A DNA stretch of 64,000 nucleotides, from NCBI GenBank assembly GCA_031425655.1, contig JANPJS010000045.1, positions 16,305-80,304 of the forward strand, given 5' to 3'. Under the pieces are notes generated by a model that made no database searches, had not been told where the DNA came from, and was given only the letters and a program-made list of their open reading frames with translations. This DNA is from Abditibacteriaceae bacterium (lineage in GTDB: Bacteria; Armatimonadota; Abditibacteriia; Abditibacteriales; Abditibacteriaceae). The translations under genes were made by a program, and so were the position numbers. Of the stretch, positions 30,101-39,833 are shown piece by piece (position 1 is the first letter of the stretch; each line of letters starts with the position of its first letter).

Positions 30101-30313
30101 GAAAGCACAAAGCAAAGCGCCCAAAAAGGCGCTGGCCGCCGCTAATAAAGCGCTTTTCTGGCCGCCCGCCATCGCGCCCAATGCCGATAGCACTAAAACG
30201 GCCCCGCCGCCGCCGGCCCAGATCGGCAGCGCCAGACGCGCCGCTGCGCCGCTGTTTGGTGCGCTCATGGAAGTTTTGTTGTTAATGCCGGAAAGATTCA
30301 CTGCGCCATTCAT
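27110..30313 (-). CDS. Membrane-bound GAF-GGDEF-HD-GYP c-di-GMP enzyme
   Basis: Multi-TM N-terminus, GAF-like region, DSLTDLLNHR..GRYGGDEF, LLHDVGKI..HHERYDGRGYP; start uncertain (30268-30355). Confidence 0.9.
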   Translation of the reverse strand: MNGAVNLSGINNKTSMSAPNSGAAARLALPIWAGGGGAVLVLSALGAMAGGQKSALLAAASAFLGALLCAFAGLRSTNFPARRLGWLIVAVSLFIRFAGLLLAAKVEWLGTVLLTVQPLLLLLGLLFIARSAIVPQAAQPGEEASENAAPPFDWALAPDALVIGGAVSALLWWMLVAPSLRAAPPAARANLDGHYALLHHLLAAAHVAVLALLVIGRNELRPILHDAARGEGVPAPRWNIGWALTALGAFFLTVVAYRFFWLRGAPLSSFDVFSRVAAPLLIGVAALGESFQLVGQRPGMANSPLDPRAARAFWLRNFAPLLFAGVASIVAHRHFAAVSPKAAPLPGAAGEAWWGILLIAIALVRHAFDSLLITRQTFEDYRSWNDVTASLQHDVAARTRELSTMHAVAADLSNTLDSAHILTTALDRMMTALHADAGALWLFRGDEEERSTTLPLSGNAGGPENAAAQTPSGERRGEKRGGRRAEDAAEPVAARTSAASIRKALVESAIGQMMSGSRAEWIPKGKRWHLVLSGDDAEAPRGEMQRTALISLNNGLEQGDLENALIACRSLNNSFSGTFIVALQSKGEILGAMAVLRQKGALNQAEKTLMQSLALEVGAALQNAHLYQEAVRLADRDSLTDLLNHRAVQQQLNVCLARAARSRDQFVILMLDVNNFKFFNDTYGHTAGDEVLRRVAECLRQSCRISDVIGRYGGDEFIAILMDTDVEGARVVVNRLEEKTAEQALESSDGRRIPIGLSFAASIFPHDGESALDLLGVAGTNLIEAKHQGGGFVVRRHEEESEELKALKDAAVGGSFGVLDALVTAIDNKDNYTRRHSEDVARWAVMIARQLGYSQEQQRSIRMCGLLHDVGKIAVPDSILRKPGRLSDDEFKIMQAHPVFGALIVKDVPNVEEVLGGIRNHHERYDGRGYPDKTSGEDTPLFGRILAVPDCFSAMTTNRPYRQGLSWEEAIAEIVKGKGTQFDPVMADAFLAGIRELQAEEQALKDGKAPQHANTPEGAEAEEILQPESQMEEGGALGEGGYFMNVTNIKPRSVTDAELETAEPKPS

Positions 30314-30489
30314 TTTAGTGGCATTTCTCTTCAATAAAAAGGCGAAAATACACAAACAGTGATGAGAGCGGCGCTGGAAGCAGCGCCCTTGCCGGGTTCA
30401 TGTGTTTCAAAGACGCCCGGTGTCTTACCACGGGGAAGCGCCTGCGGTAAAAACTAAAATGCCGTTCAATTCATCCTGCCAGAGGTTTC

Positions 30490-32484
30490 ATGCACGATTT
30501 TCTGAATTTTCGCCAGATTCATCTCGACTTTCACACCAGCGAAGCCATTCCCGGCATCGGCGCCGAGTTTGATCCCGAAGAATACGCCGCTACGCTCGAT
30601 AAAGCGCGCGTTAACTCGATCACGACTTTTGCGCGCTGTCATCACGGCTGCATTTATTACGACTCAAAAGTGCATCCCGAACGCGTTCATCCGCAATTAT
30701 CGCGCAAGAATTTACTCGTCGAGCAAATCGAAGCCTGCCACAAGCGCGGCATAAAAGTGCCGATTTACACGACGGTTCAATGGGACGAATACACCGCCGA
30801 CCGTCACCGCGATTGGCTGATGATTGACGAAAACGGAGCGGAATTCGGCACCAAACCCTTTGATGCCGGTTTTTATCGCAACCTCGACGTGTTTCATCCC
30901 GGTTATCGCCAGTTTCTCTACGATCACGTCAAGGAATTGCTGGAAACCATGCCCGTTGATGGGATTTTCTTCGACATCGTGCAAAACCGGCCCTCGGTTG
31001 CCAAACATTGGTTGGACGCGATGGATAATCTGGGCTTCAACCCCGAAAACGAAGGCGAACGCCAACGATTCGCGGCCAAAGTGCACGATGAATGGGCGCT
31101 GGAAATGACCGAATTCATCCGCCAAACCCACAAAGACGCGACGATTTTCTACAACTCCGGCCACGTCGGGCCGCGCCACCGCACTTCGATGGCGGCCTAT
31201 TCTCATTACGAACTGGAATCGCTGCCGTCGGGCGGTTGGGGCTATTTGCACTTTCCGCAAGCGATGCGCTATGCGCGCGGCTTGGGCAAAGACTGCTTAG
31301 GCATGACCGGAAAATTTCACACCTCGTGGGGCGATTTTCACTCGTTCAAAAACCCCGCCGCGCTGCAATTCGAGTGCTTTCATATGCTGGCTTTGGGCGC
31401 CAAATGCTCGGTCGGCGACCAGTTGCATCCGTCGGGCCGAATTGACGAAACAACCTACGATCTTATCGGCGGCGTGTATAGCGAAGTCGAAAAGAAAGAA
31501 GCGTGGTGCCGGGGCGCGATTCCGATCAACGAAATCGGCTTGCTCACGCCCGAAGAATTCGTGACGCAGCGCCCGGCCTTCAACGCTAAATCCGACCGCG
31601 ACCAACCGGCAGTCATGGGCGCGATTCGGATGCTGCAAGAGCTTCGTTTGCAGTTCGATATTCTCGATTCCGACCGCGATTTTAATCAATATAAATTGCT
31701 GATTTTGCCCGATGAAATTCCCGTTGACGACGTGTTGGCCGAAAAACTGGAAAATTATTTGGCCGGCGGCGGCTCGATTATCGCCTCGTATCATTCGGGC
31801 TTATCGCACGATGGTGCGAATTTCACCTCGCGCGCGTGGGGCGTGAATTATGTCGGCGATGCGCCGTATTCGCCCGATTTCATCGTGCCCGGCGAACTGA
31901 GTAACGGTCTGCCCGAAACCGGCCACGTCATGTATTTCAAAGGCTTGGAAGTGCAGCCTGAAAGCGCGCAGGTTTTGGCGCGCGTCGAAGTGCCGTATTT
32001 CAACCGCACATGGCGCCACTTTTGTTCGCATCGCCACACGCCGTCGAAAGGCGAAATCGCCTATCCAGCGGCGACGAAAAATGCGCGCGTTATTTATTTC
32101 GCACACCCGATTTTCGCGCAATATCAGGACTGCGCGCCGCGCTGGTGCAAGCAACTGGTCTCGAACGCCATTGACCTGCTGCTGCCCGAAAAACTGGTCG
32201 AAGTCACCGGCCCGTCGTCGCTTTTAGCCACGCTTAACGAGCAACCGGAACACAATCGTCGCGTGCTGCACCTGCTTCATTACATCCCCGAACGGCGTGG
32301 GCAAGCCTTCGACATTATCGAAGACGTGATTCCACTGCATTCGCTAAAAGTCAGCGTTGCGGGCGAAGCGCAAAGCGTAAAACTGGTGCCGTCCGGCGAA
32401 GAATTAGAATTTCAAAACGAGGGCGGGCGCGTGCTTTTCACGCTGCCGAAATTGGACGGGCACGCGATGGTGGAGATTAGTTGA
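30490..32484 (+). CDS. Glycoside hydrolase, GH151-like alpha-L-fucosidase with a beta-galactosidase trimerisation domain
   Basis: RQIHLDFHTS, FARCHHG, DGIFFDI, ELESLPSGGWGY, GKFHTSWGDF. Confidence 0.8.
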   Translation: MHDFLNFRQIHLDFHTSEAIPGIGAEFDPEEYAATLDKARVNSITTFARCHHGCIYYDSKVHPERVHPQLSRKNLLVEQIEACHKRGIKVPIYTTVQWDEYTADRHRDWLMIDENGAEFGTKPFDAGFYRNLDVFHPGYRQFLYDHVKELLETMPVDGIFFDIVQNRPSVAKHWLDAMDNLGFNPENEGERQRFAAKVHDEWALEMTEFIRQTHKDATIFYNSGHVGPRHRTSMAAYSHYELESLPSGGWGYLHFPQAMRYARGLGKDCLGMTGKFHTSWGDFHSFKNPAALQFECFHMLALGAKCSVGDQLHPSGRIDETTYDLIGGVYSEVEKKEAWCRGAIPINEIGLLTPEEFVTQRPAFNAKSDRDQPAVMGAIRMLQELRLQFDILDSDRDFNQYKLLILPDEIPVDDVLAEKLENYLAGGGSIIASYHSGLSHDGANFTSRAWGVNYVGDAPYSPDFIVPGELSNGLPETGHVMYFKGLEVQPESAQVLARVEVPYFNRTWRHFCSHRHTPSKGEIAYPAATKNARVIYFAHPIFAQYQDCAPRWCKQLVSNAIDLLLPEKLVEVTGPSSLLATLNEQPEHNRRVLHLLHYIPERRGQAFDIIEDVIPLHSLKVSVAGEAQSVKLVPSGEELEFQNEGGRVLFTLPKLDGHAMVEIS

Positions 32485-32503
32485 ATAAGTGGGTGACTAC
32501 TCC

Positions 32504-33565
32504 ATGCCTGCAAAACGACGCCGCATCGCCATTGCTGCACTGCTGTTGATCCTGCTTTGCGGCTTGCTGTGGCTGAACATTCGCCGCAAGGAGAACCTCA
32601 TTGTGGCGGCGCAGGGGCGTGAAGCTTTTCGCATTGCTTTTGTGCCCGACGGTTCAGCGATTGCTTGCGGCGGCGTTGATGGAACCGTGCGTTTTTGGGA
32701 TGTCAACGTGGATTGGTGGCGTTCGCGGCGAGTGCTGAAAACTTTTACTGGACATCGCAGAGGCATCACGCAATTGACGTTCACGAGAGACGGAACGCTG
32801 ATGGCAACGGCGGACGCAAACGGCGAAATCAGAATTTGGGACGTGGCGCAGAGCGCGTTGCGTCGCGTTTTTCCTGCACGAAAAGACACCATTGTCGCGC
32901 TGACTTTGTTTCCCGACGATCAAACTTTAGCAGTTACTTTCGACCCGCCTTACTCCTCACCGCCAAAATATGGGCCGAGCTGGCTGGAATTGTGGAACAT
33001 TTCGTCAGGTAAACGACAGCGCGTTATCACAGTCATTCAGGCCAGAGGAATCAGTGTTTCTCCCGATGGGCGCTTTTATGTTGTAAGACACGACTTAGAT
33101 TCCGAAAAGAAATGCTGCGAGCCAAAGGGTGAATTGCGGCGCTTATCCGACGGTAAGTTGCTCCGCGTCATGCAAGGATTCGGTTACGATATAGGCTGTT
33201 GCACCACCCTATTTTCTCCCGATGAGAAGACCTTAGCGCCAATTACGGGTGTGGGCTTTGCCCAAACTTGGGACGTAACCAGTGGAAAACTGCTGCACAC
33301 CTTTTCTACTCATGCATCTCCGTTTTTCGGAGTAGCAGCGTTTTCGCCTGATAGCGGTTGGTTGGCAATTGGTGGAGGTGGGTGGGGAATTAATCCCCAT
33401 ACGCCAGTGAATTTATTTTCGGTGAAGTCACCGGCTGTTAGCCGCGACATCGGCCCTTACCTCACGACTGAAAATGCGGTTGTTGATGTCGCGTTTTCGC
33501 CCGATAGCACTTGGCTTGCTACCAGCCGCTATGGAATTGGCGTGCAGGTTTGGCGCATCAAATAA
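32504..33565 (+). CDS. Membrane-anchored WD40 repeat protein
   Basis: N-terminal TM; repeated AF.PDG..DGTVRFWD and FSPD motifs. Confidence 0.88.
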   Translation: MPAKRRRIAIAALLLILLCGLLWLNIRRKENLIVAAQGREAFRIAFVPDGSAIACGGVDGTVRFWDVNVDWWRSRRVLKTFTGHRRGITQLTFTRDGTLMATADANGEIRIWDVAQSALRRVFPARKDTIVALTLFPDDQTLAVTFDPPYSSPPKYGPSWLELWNISSGKRQRVITVIQARGISVSPDGRFYVVRHDLDSEKKCCEPKGELRRLSDGKLLRVMQGFGYDIGCCTTLFSPDEKTLAPITGVGFAQTWDVTSGKLLHTFSTHASPFFGVAAFSPDSGWLAIGGGGWGINPHTPVNLFSVKSPAVSRDIGPYLTTENAVVDVAFSPDSTWLATSRYGIGVQVWRIK

Positions 33566-33596
33566 TCACCGTGCGCCACAAATTTAACGTCAGATG

Positions 33597-33637
33597 AAAC
33601 AAAAATCCTCACGCTCTGCGCGAGGATTTTTGTTTTT
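33597..33637 (+). terminator. Intrinsic terminator
   Basis: aaacaaaaatcctc..gaggatttttgttt stem with T tract. Confidence 0.75.
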
Positions 33638-33692
33638 GTAATCTGCTGTTCACATGGCTGCATTAGAATGCTGTGGGGAGTTTGAAATTGCG

Positions 33693-36600
33693 ATGAGTAT
33701 GGATTTGAACAAAGCAAGCGCGGCGGGCAGTCGGCAAATGCTGCAATACGTCAATTTGAAATTGGGATTTCTCGGATGCCCGACGGTCGGCACGGCGGGC
33801 GATCCACAATTTAACCAGATGCTTTCGGCGCTGCTGGTGCGCCAACAGGAAACCGACCGCTTATTGGCCGATTATTTGTGCCCGGCGGACGCGCGCATCC
33901 AAGAATTTTTACAGCGCACGCTAAAAGATGTCGCCGATTGCCCGAAATTGCCGTCGCGCACGTTCGTGCTCGATCAGCCGGAATTGGCGCGCACGCTTTC
34001 GTTGCCGCCCGACCGCGATGAGTTCGTGTCCGACATCGTGAGTTCGTATCGCGTGCGGCAGGGCGTTTTGCACAATCCGGCCAGCGAAAGGCGCACTACG
34101 CACGGCATTTTTCATATTGTCGAAGGCGGCTTGCCGATCCCCGACGATAAAAAAGGCGTGCCCAAAGCCGCTTATGCCAATCTGCTGAAATTGGCGCTCA
34201 ATCCGCCGCGCGAGTTGATGAAACTGCCCTTTACCTCGTCGCAGCAAGCGCAAGCCGAATGCTGGGTTTCGCTGCTGTTGCGTCCGCTTGTTTGCCCCAA
34301 AGTGCCCGGTTATATAGGTGAAAAGCGCACGGAAATTCGCTTTTTCGTGCCGGGAAACTTGGTCAGCAACCTCGATTTCGTGGAAACGATTTTCGGCAAC
34401 GCCGGCGACCCGTTTTTGCCGTCCAACGATGCCGCACTTGATGTCGAAGGCTGGACGGGGCACACAGGCTGCGTGATTTTGGCGCCGCATTTAACCGGCG
34501 TGTTGAAAAAAGACATCGGCCTGCCGCATTGGGACGATGCTACCGAACGTCAGCGCCGCGACGGAATGTGCTGGAAAAGTGCCGATGAAAAATACAACGA
34601 AGGCGGTGCTTTTAAAGTCGCCTGTCGTGACGAAAGTGGCGTGATGGTCACCATCATTACCGACAATTATTTCGGCTACTGCAAAAAGGAAGTCAAGACG
34701 CAGATCAGCTTTTCGGCCAACCTTTCAGGCCGTTACGAAGAAGAACACGCGGGCGGCGCCTTAGTTTTTCCGGCTTACGATTTAGGCGAAGAGTTCAGCG
34801 GCGAAGCGCACGCGCCGCTGCAAGAGCATAATTTTGCCGATGCTCTGGCTGAATATGCCGAAATAATGCGCGAACAGCCCGAAGGCCACGCGATTGATGC
34901 CAACTTTTCCAGCATCGTTTATGTGCCCGAAAACGCGCACTTCGATTTGCCGACGCAAAGCGTAACGTGGCCGCGCGGCGACGGCGAATCGCGCATCAAA
35001 CTTTTGCCGGAAAAAGTCTACGTGCGGCCATCGGGCTATCGCGTGTGGATGGAAAAAGTGCCGGGCGGACGCGGCTGGCGCTTGGTCGGAACCGTCGCTG
35101 AAGGCACGCTGTGTCACAAGCCTTGCACCGTTTCGGGCGGCGGCAAATCGGAGATTTCCAAGCCGATTACCGATGCGATTTTGCAAGGCCCGGTTTTCGT
35201 CGCCGATTTTCAAAAAGACTTCGATGTCGTGGAACAGATCATCAACCGCGATTATTCGGATCGTTTCAGCGAGCAATATCGCCAAAAACTCTCCATCAAT
35301 CGTGACAGTCGCCCGATTCTTGGCTCGCAGCGCTCGCTTGGCTCGGTTATAAAGCTGCTGATTCCGGCTTCGCGCGATTACAACGTCGAATACAACGACT
35401 GGCTGAAATCTATTCCGCAATACCTCAAAGAATTGGTTTTCGTGGTCAAGCGCCTTTACAAACCGGAATGGGACGGCAACTGGCGCGAGCATTTCAGCGT
35501 GGACGTGATTAACGGCACGCCGGGCAACGAACTCAAGTGCGACAACCGCAAAATCATCTCGCATTATCTGCGCGTGGGCTACGCGGAAGACGGCTCGTGG
35601 CGCGTTTTCGGATTGCGCCAAGACTTTCATCCCGCCGCCAAATTGGCCGTTGAAGACGATATTTCGGCTTCGATTGTCGTGCCATCAAGTGTGCTGGAAA
35701 ACCTCAATCCAAATTACCAAAACCCGTCTGTGAAATTCGTGCAGAACTGCGAATTCCGCTTGTTCCAACGGCCCGACGACGCCATTCATCGCGGCTACGA
35801 CAAACAATGCGAAGCCGATTTCGCGCAGCCCGATAACTTTTTCAGCAACTACGAACCGCTGACCGTCGCGCAGGCGCGCGAAGCCATCGAGGATTTCATC
35901 GGTTTCGACCAATATACGGCGCCGATGCAGCAACTCATCGAAAACGCGGCCAACGAGCCGGGCGCCGATTATTTCGTGTCGTCGGCGCATCCGCGTTTGG
36001 TAGACGGGCAGCCTTCGAAAAACCCGCGTTATTTGCAAAAACGTCCCGATTTGGTGCATCCGCGCGAATCGTATATCGCCGATATTTGCGCGCGAATGCG
36101 GCGGCGTATTCCATTGGACAAGCCGCTTTATCAGCCGGTCAATGCGGTTTTGCCGGGACGCCGCAATAATCCGCCGGACGCCGCAGCCGGTATTCGTTCA
36201 CTCGCGGTTTACAACCCGATTCACTTCATGGAATTGCCCGAACTTTTCATGGAATTCATTTGCAGCATGACGGGAAAATCGCCTTCGACGACCGGCGCCG
36301 GTTCGGAAGGCGCGATGACAAAAGGGCCGTTCAACGCCCTGCCGCCGATTTTAGATGTCAACGCCGCGCTCATTTCCTACGTGCTGACCGGCTACGACGG
36401 TTTCGTGACAGCCGCCGGTTATGTCGGGCCGAAAGTGCGCGTAGATCACGATGTCAGCCTGCTGGTGCCCGAAGTGTGGTGCCGCATGGCTGTGGCCGAG
36501 CGTGAGCCGGATTTCCTGATTCGCAACGGTTATTTGGAAAAATGCGAGGATTTTGAACACGACGGCCAAAAAGTGCTGACCAGCCGCCTGGGTTATCGCA

Positions 36601-37082
36601 TCACGCGGCGTTTCGTGCGAACGTATTTCGGGCGCGTTTTCAACCATCCTCAGGCGATTTTCACCGAAGAAATGCTGCGTCCCGAAAAGCAAAGCGTGGA
36701 ACTCGTCGTGGACGGCATGAGCAACATCGTCGAAACGCAAAAGCGCGTGGCCGAAGGCTATTTCGCCGATGGCAGCATCGAACTCGCGTGTCCGCCGCTG
36801 CGCGCCATTTTGCACATCATGCGCGATGGAACTTTCGAGGGCAAAGAACTCAGCGACCCCGAAGTGCGCGACTTGTTTTCGCGCGAAAGTCTGCTGCGTA
36901 GCGCTTGGTATCATCAGCGCGAAGCGGCACTTGGCGCCGCCGATGCGCGCTTGTGGCAGCGCCATGTTGATTATTTAGAAGATTTTCTGGCGCGTCCCAA
37001 TTATGTCGAAGAAGCCGAGCGGCTTGGCATCGCCGAGCGGCTTGCGACGGCGCGCGAAGCGCTGGCGAAGTTGCAGGCGTAA
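33693..37082 (+). CDS. Pyrophosphate-dependent phosphoenolpyruvate carboxykinase (PPi-PEPCK)
   Basis: About 1130 aa; RRTTHGIFH, NLDFVE.IFGN, DNYFGYCKKEVKTQIS, EEEHAGGA, HKPCTVSGGGKSEISK, RLFQRPDDAIHRG, GKSPSTTGAGSEGA. Confidence 0.88.
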   Translation: MSMDLNKASAAGSRQMLQYVNLKLGFLGCPTVGTAGDPQFNQMLSALLVRQQETDRLLADYLCPADARIQEFLQRTLKDVADCPKLPSRTFVLDQPELARTLSLPPDRDEFVSDIVSSYRVRQGVLHNPASERRTTHGIFHIVEGGLPIPDDKKGVPKAAYANLLKLALNPPRELMKLPFTSSQQAQAECWVSLLLRPLVCPKVPGYIGEKRTEIRFFVPGNLVSNLDFVETIFGNAGDPFLPSNDAALDVEGWTGHTGCVILAPHLTGVLKKDIGLPHWDDATERQRRDGMCWKSADEKYNEGGAFKVACRDESGVMVTIITDNYFGYCKKEVKTQISFSANLSGRYEEEHAGGALVFPAYDLGEEFSGEAHAPLQEHNFADALAEYAEIMREQPEGHAIDANFSSIVYVPENAHFDLPTQSVTWPRGDGESRIKLLPEKVYVRPSGYRVWMEKVPGGRGWRLVGTVAEGTLCHKPCTVSGGGKSEISKPITDAILQGPVFVADFQKDFDVVEQIINRDYSDRFSEQYRQKLSINRDSRPILGSQRSLGSVIKLLIPASRDYNVEYNDWLKSIPQYLKELVFVVKRLYKPEWDGNWREHFSVDVINGTPGNELKCDNRKIISHYLRVGYAEDGSWRVFGLRQDFHPAAKLAVEDDISASIVVPSSVLENLNPNYQNPSVKFVQNCEFRLFQRPDDAIHRGYDKQCEADFAQPDNFFSNYEPLTVAQAREAIEDFIGFDQYTAPMQQLIENAANEPGADYFVSSAHPRLVDGQPSKNPRYLQKRPDLVHPRESYIADICARMRRRIPLDKPLYQPVNAVLPGRRNNPPDAAAGIRSLAVYNPIHFMELPELFMEFICSMTGKSPSTTGAGSEGAMTKGPFNALPPILDVNAALISYVLTGYDGFVTAAGYVGPKVRVDHDVSLLVPEVWCRMAVAEREPDFLIRNGYLEKCEDFEHDGQKVLTSRLGYRITRRFVRTYFGRVFNHPQAIFTEEMLRPEKQSVELVVDGMSNIVETQKRVAEGYFADGSIELACPPLRAILHIMRDGTFEGKELSDPEVRDLFSRESLLRSAWYHQREAALGAADARLWQRHVDYLEDFLARPNYVEEAERLGIAERLATAREALAKLQA

Positions 37083-37090
37083 CGAAGAAA

Positions 37091-37124
37091 CAAAGGCCGT
37101 CGCACGATGGTGCGGCGGCCTTTG
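37091..37124. terminator. Bidirectional terminator hairpin
   Basis: caaaggccgtcgcac..gtgcggcggcctttg between convergent genes. Confidence 0.75.
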
Positions 37125-37128
37125 CAAT

Positions 37129-37596
37129 TTATCCGCGCTGTTGAAATTGCGGTATGCCGCGTGGCGCGTCGGGATGCGGCGGGCGGCTGTAGCGGTAGGA
37201 GCGGCGCAGCAAACACAAAATGCGTCCGACATAAATCGGCGCCTCGAAAGGAAAGGCGATGCAATCGTCGGCGCCGGTATTGAGGCATTGAATCTGGTGC
37301 AAAGCATCAGTGTGCTTGGTCAGGAAAATCATCGGTATCGTCGAGGTCAGGCGAATTTTTGAACACAATTCCTGACCGCTGATGCCGGCCACGGCATCGC
37401 CGACAATCAGCAGTTGTGGATGCCATGAATTCATTTTCTCAAACGCCGCCGCTTCGCTGATGACGCGCACCAAGTCGAGGCGATCTACCTGTTTCAAGAT
37501 GTCCAAGCAGTGTCGCGCGACGTGTTCGGTGGCTTCGATGATAAGCACGCGCGCCGGAATGCGGCGCTCGTGTTCGGAAGGCGGAGTGTGGGACAT
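37129..37596 (-). CDS. Atypical single-domain response regulator (pseudo-receiver)
   Basis: REC-fold pattern VLIIE..PQLLIVG..SGQELC..IPMIFLT..GADDCI; acceptor Asp and conserved Lys appear substituted. Confidence 0.75.
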   Translation of the reverse strand: MSHTPPSEHERRIPARVLIIEATEHVARHCLDILKQVDRLDLVRVISEAAAFEKMNSWHPQLLIVGDAVAGISGQELCSKIRLTSTIPMIFLTKHTDALHQIQCLNTGADDCIAFPFEAPIYVGRILCLLRRSYRYSRPPHPDAPRGIPQFQQRG

Positions 37597-37722
37597 AATG
37601 TTTTCCTTTGTTCAAGGGTGTGTTGCCACACAAAGCGCAGTGTTTGAGTGTTAATCGAGAATCACGTCACGCTCGCCGGCTTGGTTGACGCTCCGGCGCG
37701 CCTTTGCCATGCTGAAAAGGCA

Positions 37723-38718
37723 ATGAATTCTTTGACGACACTCGTAAATTTTCAAGAACTGGCCGATGTTTCATTAAGTGGCGCGCTGCTGTCGCGCGAA
37801 CAGGCCCGCGCGGTTTTAAACGCCGACGAACCGCAGCAAAGCGAATTATTAAACGCCGCGCTGCGAGTGCGCGAAACCTATTTCGGGCGCCGCGTGAAGC
37901 TGTGCGTTTTGCTGAACGCGCAAAGCGGCATCTGTCCCGAAGACTGCGGATATTGTTCGCAATCGAAGATTTCCAAAGCTTTGGTTGACAAATACAAGCT
38001 GCTACCCGAAGACGTCATGGTGCAACGCGCGCAAGACGCCGCGCGTTCGGGCGCCAAACGCTTTTGCATGGTGATTGCAGCGCGCGGCCCGCAGCAAAAA
38101 GATGTGGATCGCATCAGCGCCGCCGTGACGCGCATCAAAAGCGATGCAGCCACGCAAAAGCTGGAAATCTGTGCTTCGCTGGGCCTCATGAATCGCGCGC
38201 AATGCGACCAGTTAAAAGCAGCGGGCGTGGATTACGTCAATCACAATCTCAATACCAGCGAAAGCCATTACGAGAAGATTTGCACGACGCACTCTTACGC
38301 CGACCGCGTGGAAACCATCAATCACGTCAAAGACGCGGGCCTGCAAACTTGTAGCGGCGGCATCATCGGATTGGGCGAAAGTGACGAGGACATCATTGAC
38401 ATGGCGTTCGCGCTGCGCGCCATGAACATCGAAAGCATCCCGATGAACACGCTACTTTCCTTAGACGGCACGCCGATGCAGGGACAGCCCGATGTCGAGC
38501 CGGATCGTGCTTTAAACGTGCTGTGCCTGATGCGCCTTTTGAATCCCGATAAAGAAGTGCGCGTGGCCGCAGGCCGCGAACGCTTGGGCGAAAAGCAATC
38601 TCTGGCGCTTTATGCAGCCAATTCGCTTTTTGTGGACGGCTATCTCACCACACCCGGCGACCCGCACGCTGAGGTCAAAAACTGGATCGAAGCCGCCGGA
38701 TTTGAAGTGGAAATTTAA
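37723..38718 (+). CDS. bioB: Biotin synthase
   Basis: CPEDCGYC, RFCMV, ICASLG, NHNLNTS, CSGGIIGLGE, AAGRE. Confidence 0.95.
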   Translation: MNSLTTLVNFQELADVSLSGALLSREQARAVLNADEPQQSELLNAALRVRETYFGRRVKLCVLLNAQSGICPEDCGYCSQSKISKALVDKYKLLPEDVMVQRAQDAARSGAKRFCMVIAARGPQQKDVDRISAAVTRIKSDAATQKLEICASLGLMNRAQCDQLKAAGVDYVNHNLNTSESHYEKICTTHSYADRVETINHVKDAGLQTCSGGIIGLGESDEDIIDMAFALRAMNIESIPMNTLLSLDGTPMQGQPDVEPDRALNVLCLMRLLNPDKEVRVAAGRERLGEKQSLALYAANSLFVDGYLTTPGDPHAEVKNWIEAAGFEVEI

Positions 38719-38719
38719 G

Positions 38720-38799
38720 TTCACCGCCGAGACGCTGAGACGCAGAGAAATTTAAGCATATATTTGGTTTTCTCTGCGCCTCAGCGCCTCGGCGGTGAA
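38720..38799. repeat. 8-9-mer-repeat hairpin element
   Basis: ttcaccgccgagacgctgagacgcagagaaa and its inverse, 29/31 match. Confidence 0.85.
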
Positions 38800-38817
38800 T
38801 AAGAAAAGGTGGTTTTC

Positions 38818-39612
38818 ATGTTACGCAGTGCCAAAGATTTACACGGTTATACGCTCCACGCCAGCGGGGCACTCTCTGGGTCGGGAAATATCGGTCATGT
38901 GGACGAGTTTTACTTCGATGACGAAAGCTGGACGGTGCGTTATTTCGTGGTGGACACCGGCCACTGGCTGCCGGGCCGGCGCGTTTTAATGGCGCCGCAG
39001 GCCATCGAAAAGGCCGATTGGGGCACGCGTCAGTTGCATACCAATCTCACGCGCGAGCAAGTCGAAAACTCACCGGATTCCGGCACGCATCAGCCTTTGT
39101 CACGGCGCTGGCAAGCACATTATCACGCGTATTATCAATGGCCGGTTTACTGGGCCGGCGCCGCGTTAGGCGGATTGGCCGCTTATCCAAGCCTGCTCGC
39201 CGAACAAGAGCCGGAACCGCTGCCCGATGCCCCCGGCGACGAAGATTCGCATCTGCAAAGCTCGGCTGACGTGACGGGCTATCAAATTCACGCGGTTGAC
39301 GGCGATATTGGCCACGTCGCCGACTTCATCGTGGACGACGACAATTGGGCGATTCGCTATCTCGTGTTAGATACCGGAGCGTGGTGGCCCGGCAAAAAAG
39401 TGCTGCTCTCGCCGGCGTGGATTGAGGCCGTAAAATGGTCGGAAGCGAAGGTTTACACGCCGCTTTTGCGCGAGGCGATGCAAAGCAGCCCGGCGTATGA
39501 ATCGCGTTATCCCATCACGCGCGATTACGAAGTGCAGCTTTTCGCGCACTACGGCCAAACCCAATATTGGGACGTGGAAGATCACGCCAAACACCGCGCC
39601 GAGAATCCGTAA
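38818..39612 (+). CDS. Tandem PRC-barrel domain protein
   Basis: Two repeats of IGHV.(D/E)F..DD..W..RY.V.DTG.W.PG..VL. Confidence 0.9.
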   Translation: MLRSAKDLHGYTLHASGALSGSGNIGHVDEFYFDDESWTVRYFVVDTGHWLPGRRVLMAPQAIEKADWGTRQLHTNLTREQVENSPDSGTHQPLSRRWQAHYHAYYQWPVYWAGAALGGLAAYPSLLAEQEPEPLPDAPGDEDSHLQSSADVTGYQIHAVDGDIGHVADFIVDDDNWAIRYLVLDTGAWWPGKKVLLSPAWIEAVKWSEAKVYTPLLREAMQSSPAYESRYPITRDYEVQLFAHYGQTQYWDVEDHAKHRAENP

Positions 39613-39618
39613 AATAGG

Positions 39619-39714
39619 TCAATGACCGCTGACGGCCCATTGCAGCAGTTGCGCTTTCTCCTCCCATGTCATGCGCGTCAGCAATGGTTCGACTTCAAGC
39701 AGTGCGCTGGTCAT
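39619..39714 (-). pseudogene. Possible truncated N-terminus of a DUF433-type antitoxin
   Basis: MTSALLEVEPLLTRMTWEEKAQLLQWAV resembles the leader of some DUF433 proteins (from memory); stops after 31 aa. Confidence 0.4.
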
Positions 39715-39833
39715 GGTGAGTTTGAGTGTGAGCCAAAGCTGCCGCGCTGAACGAATCTGAACACCTCTTCGTTTATGTCGTATAATCTCCCCAAATCGGC
39801 CCCGCCAAAGGTGCCGCTTCAAAGGAGATTGTC

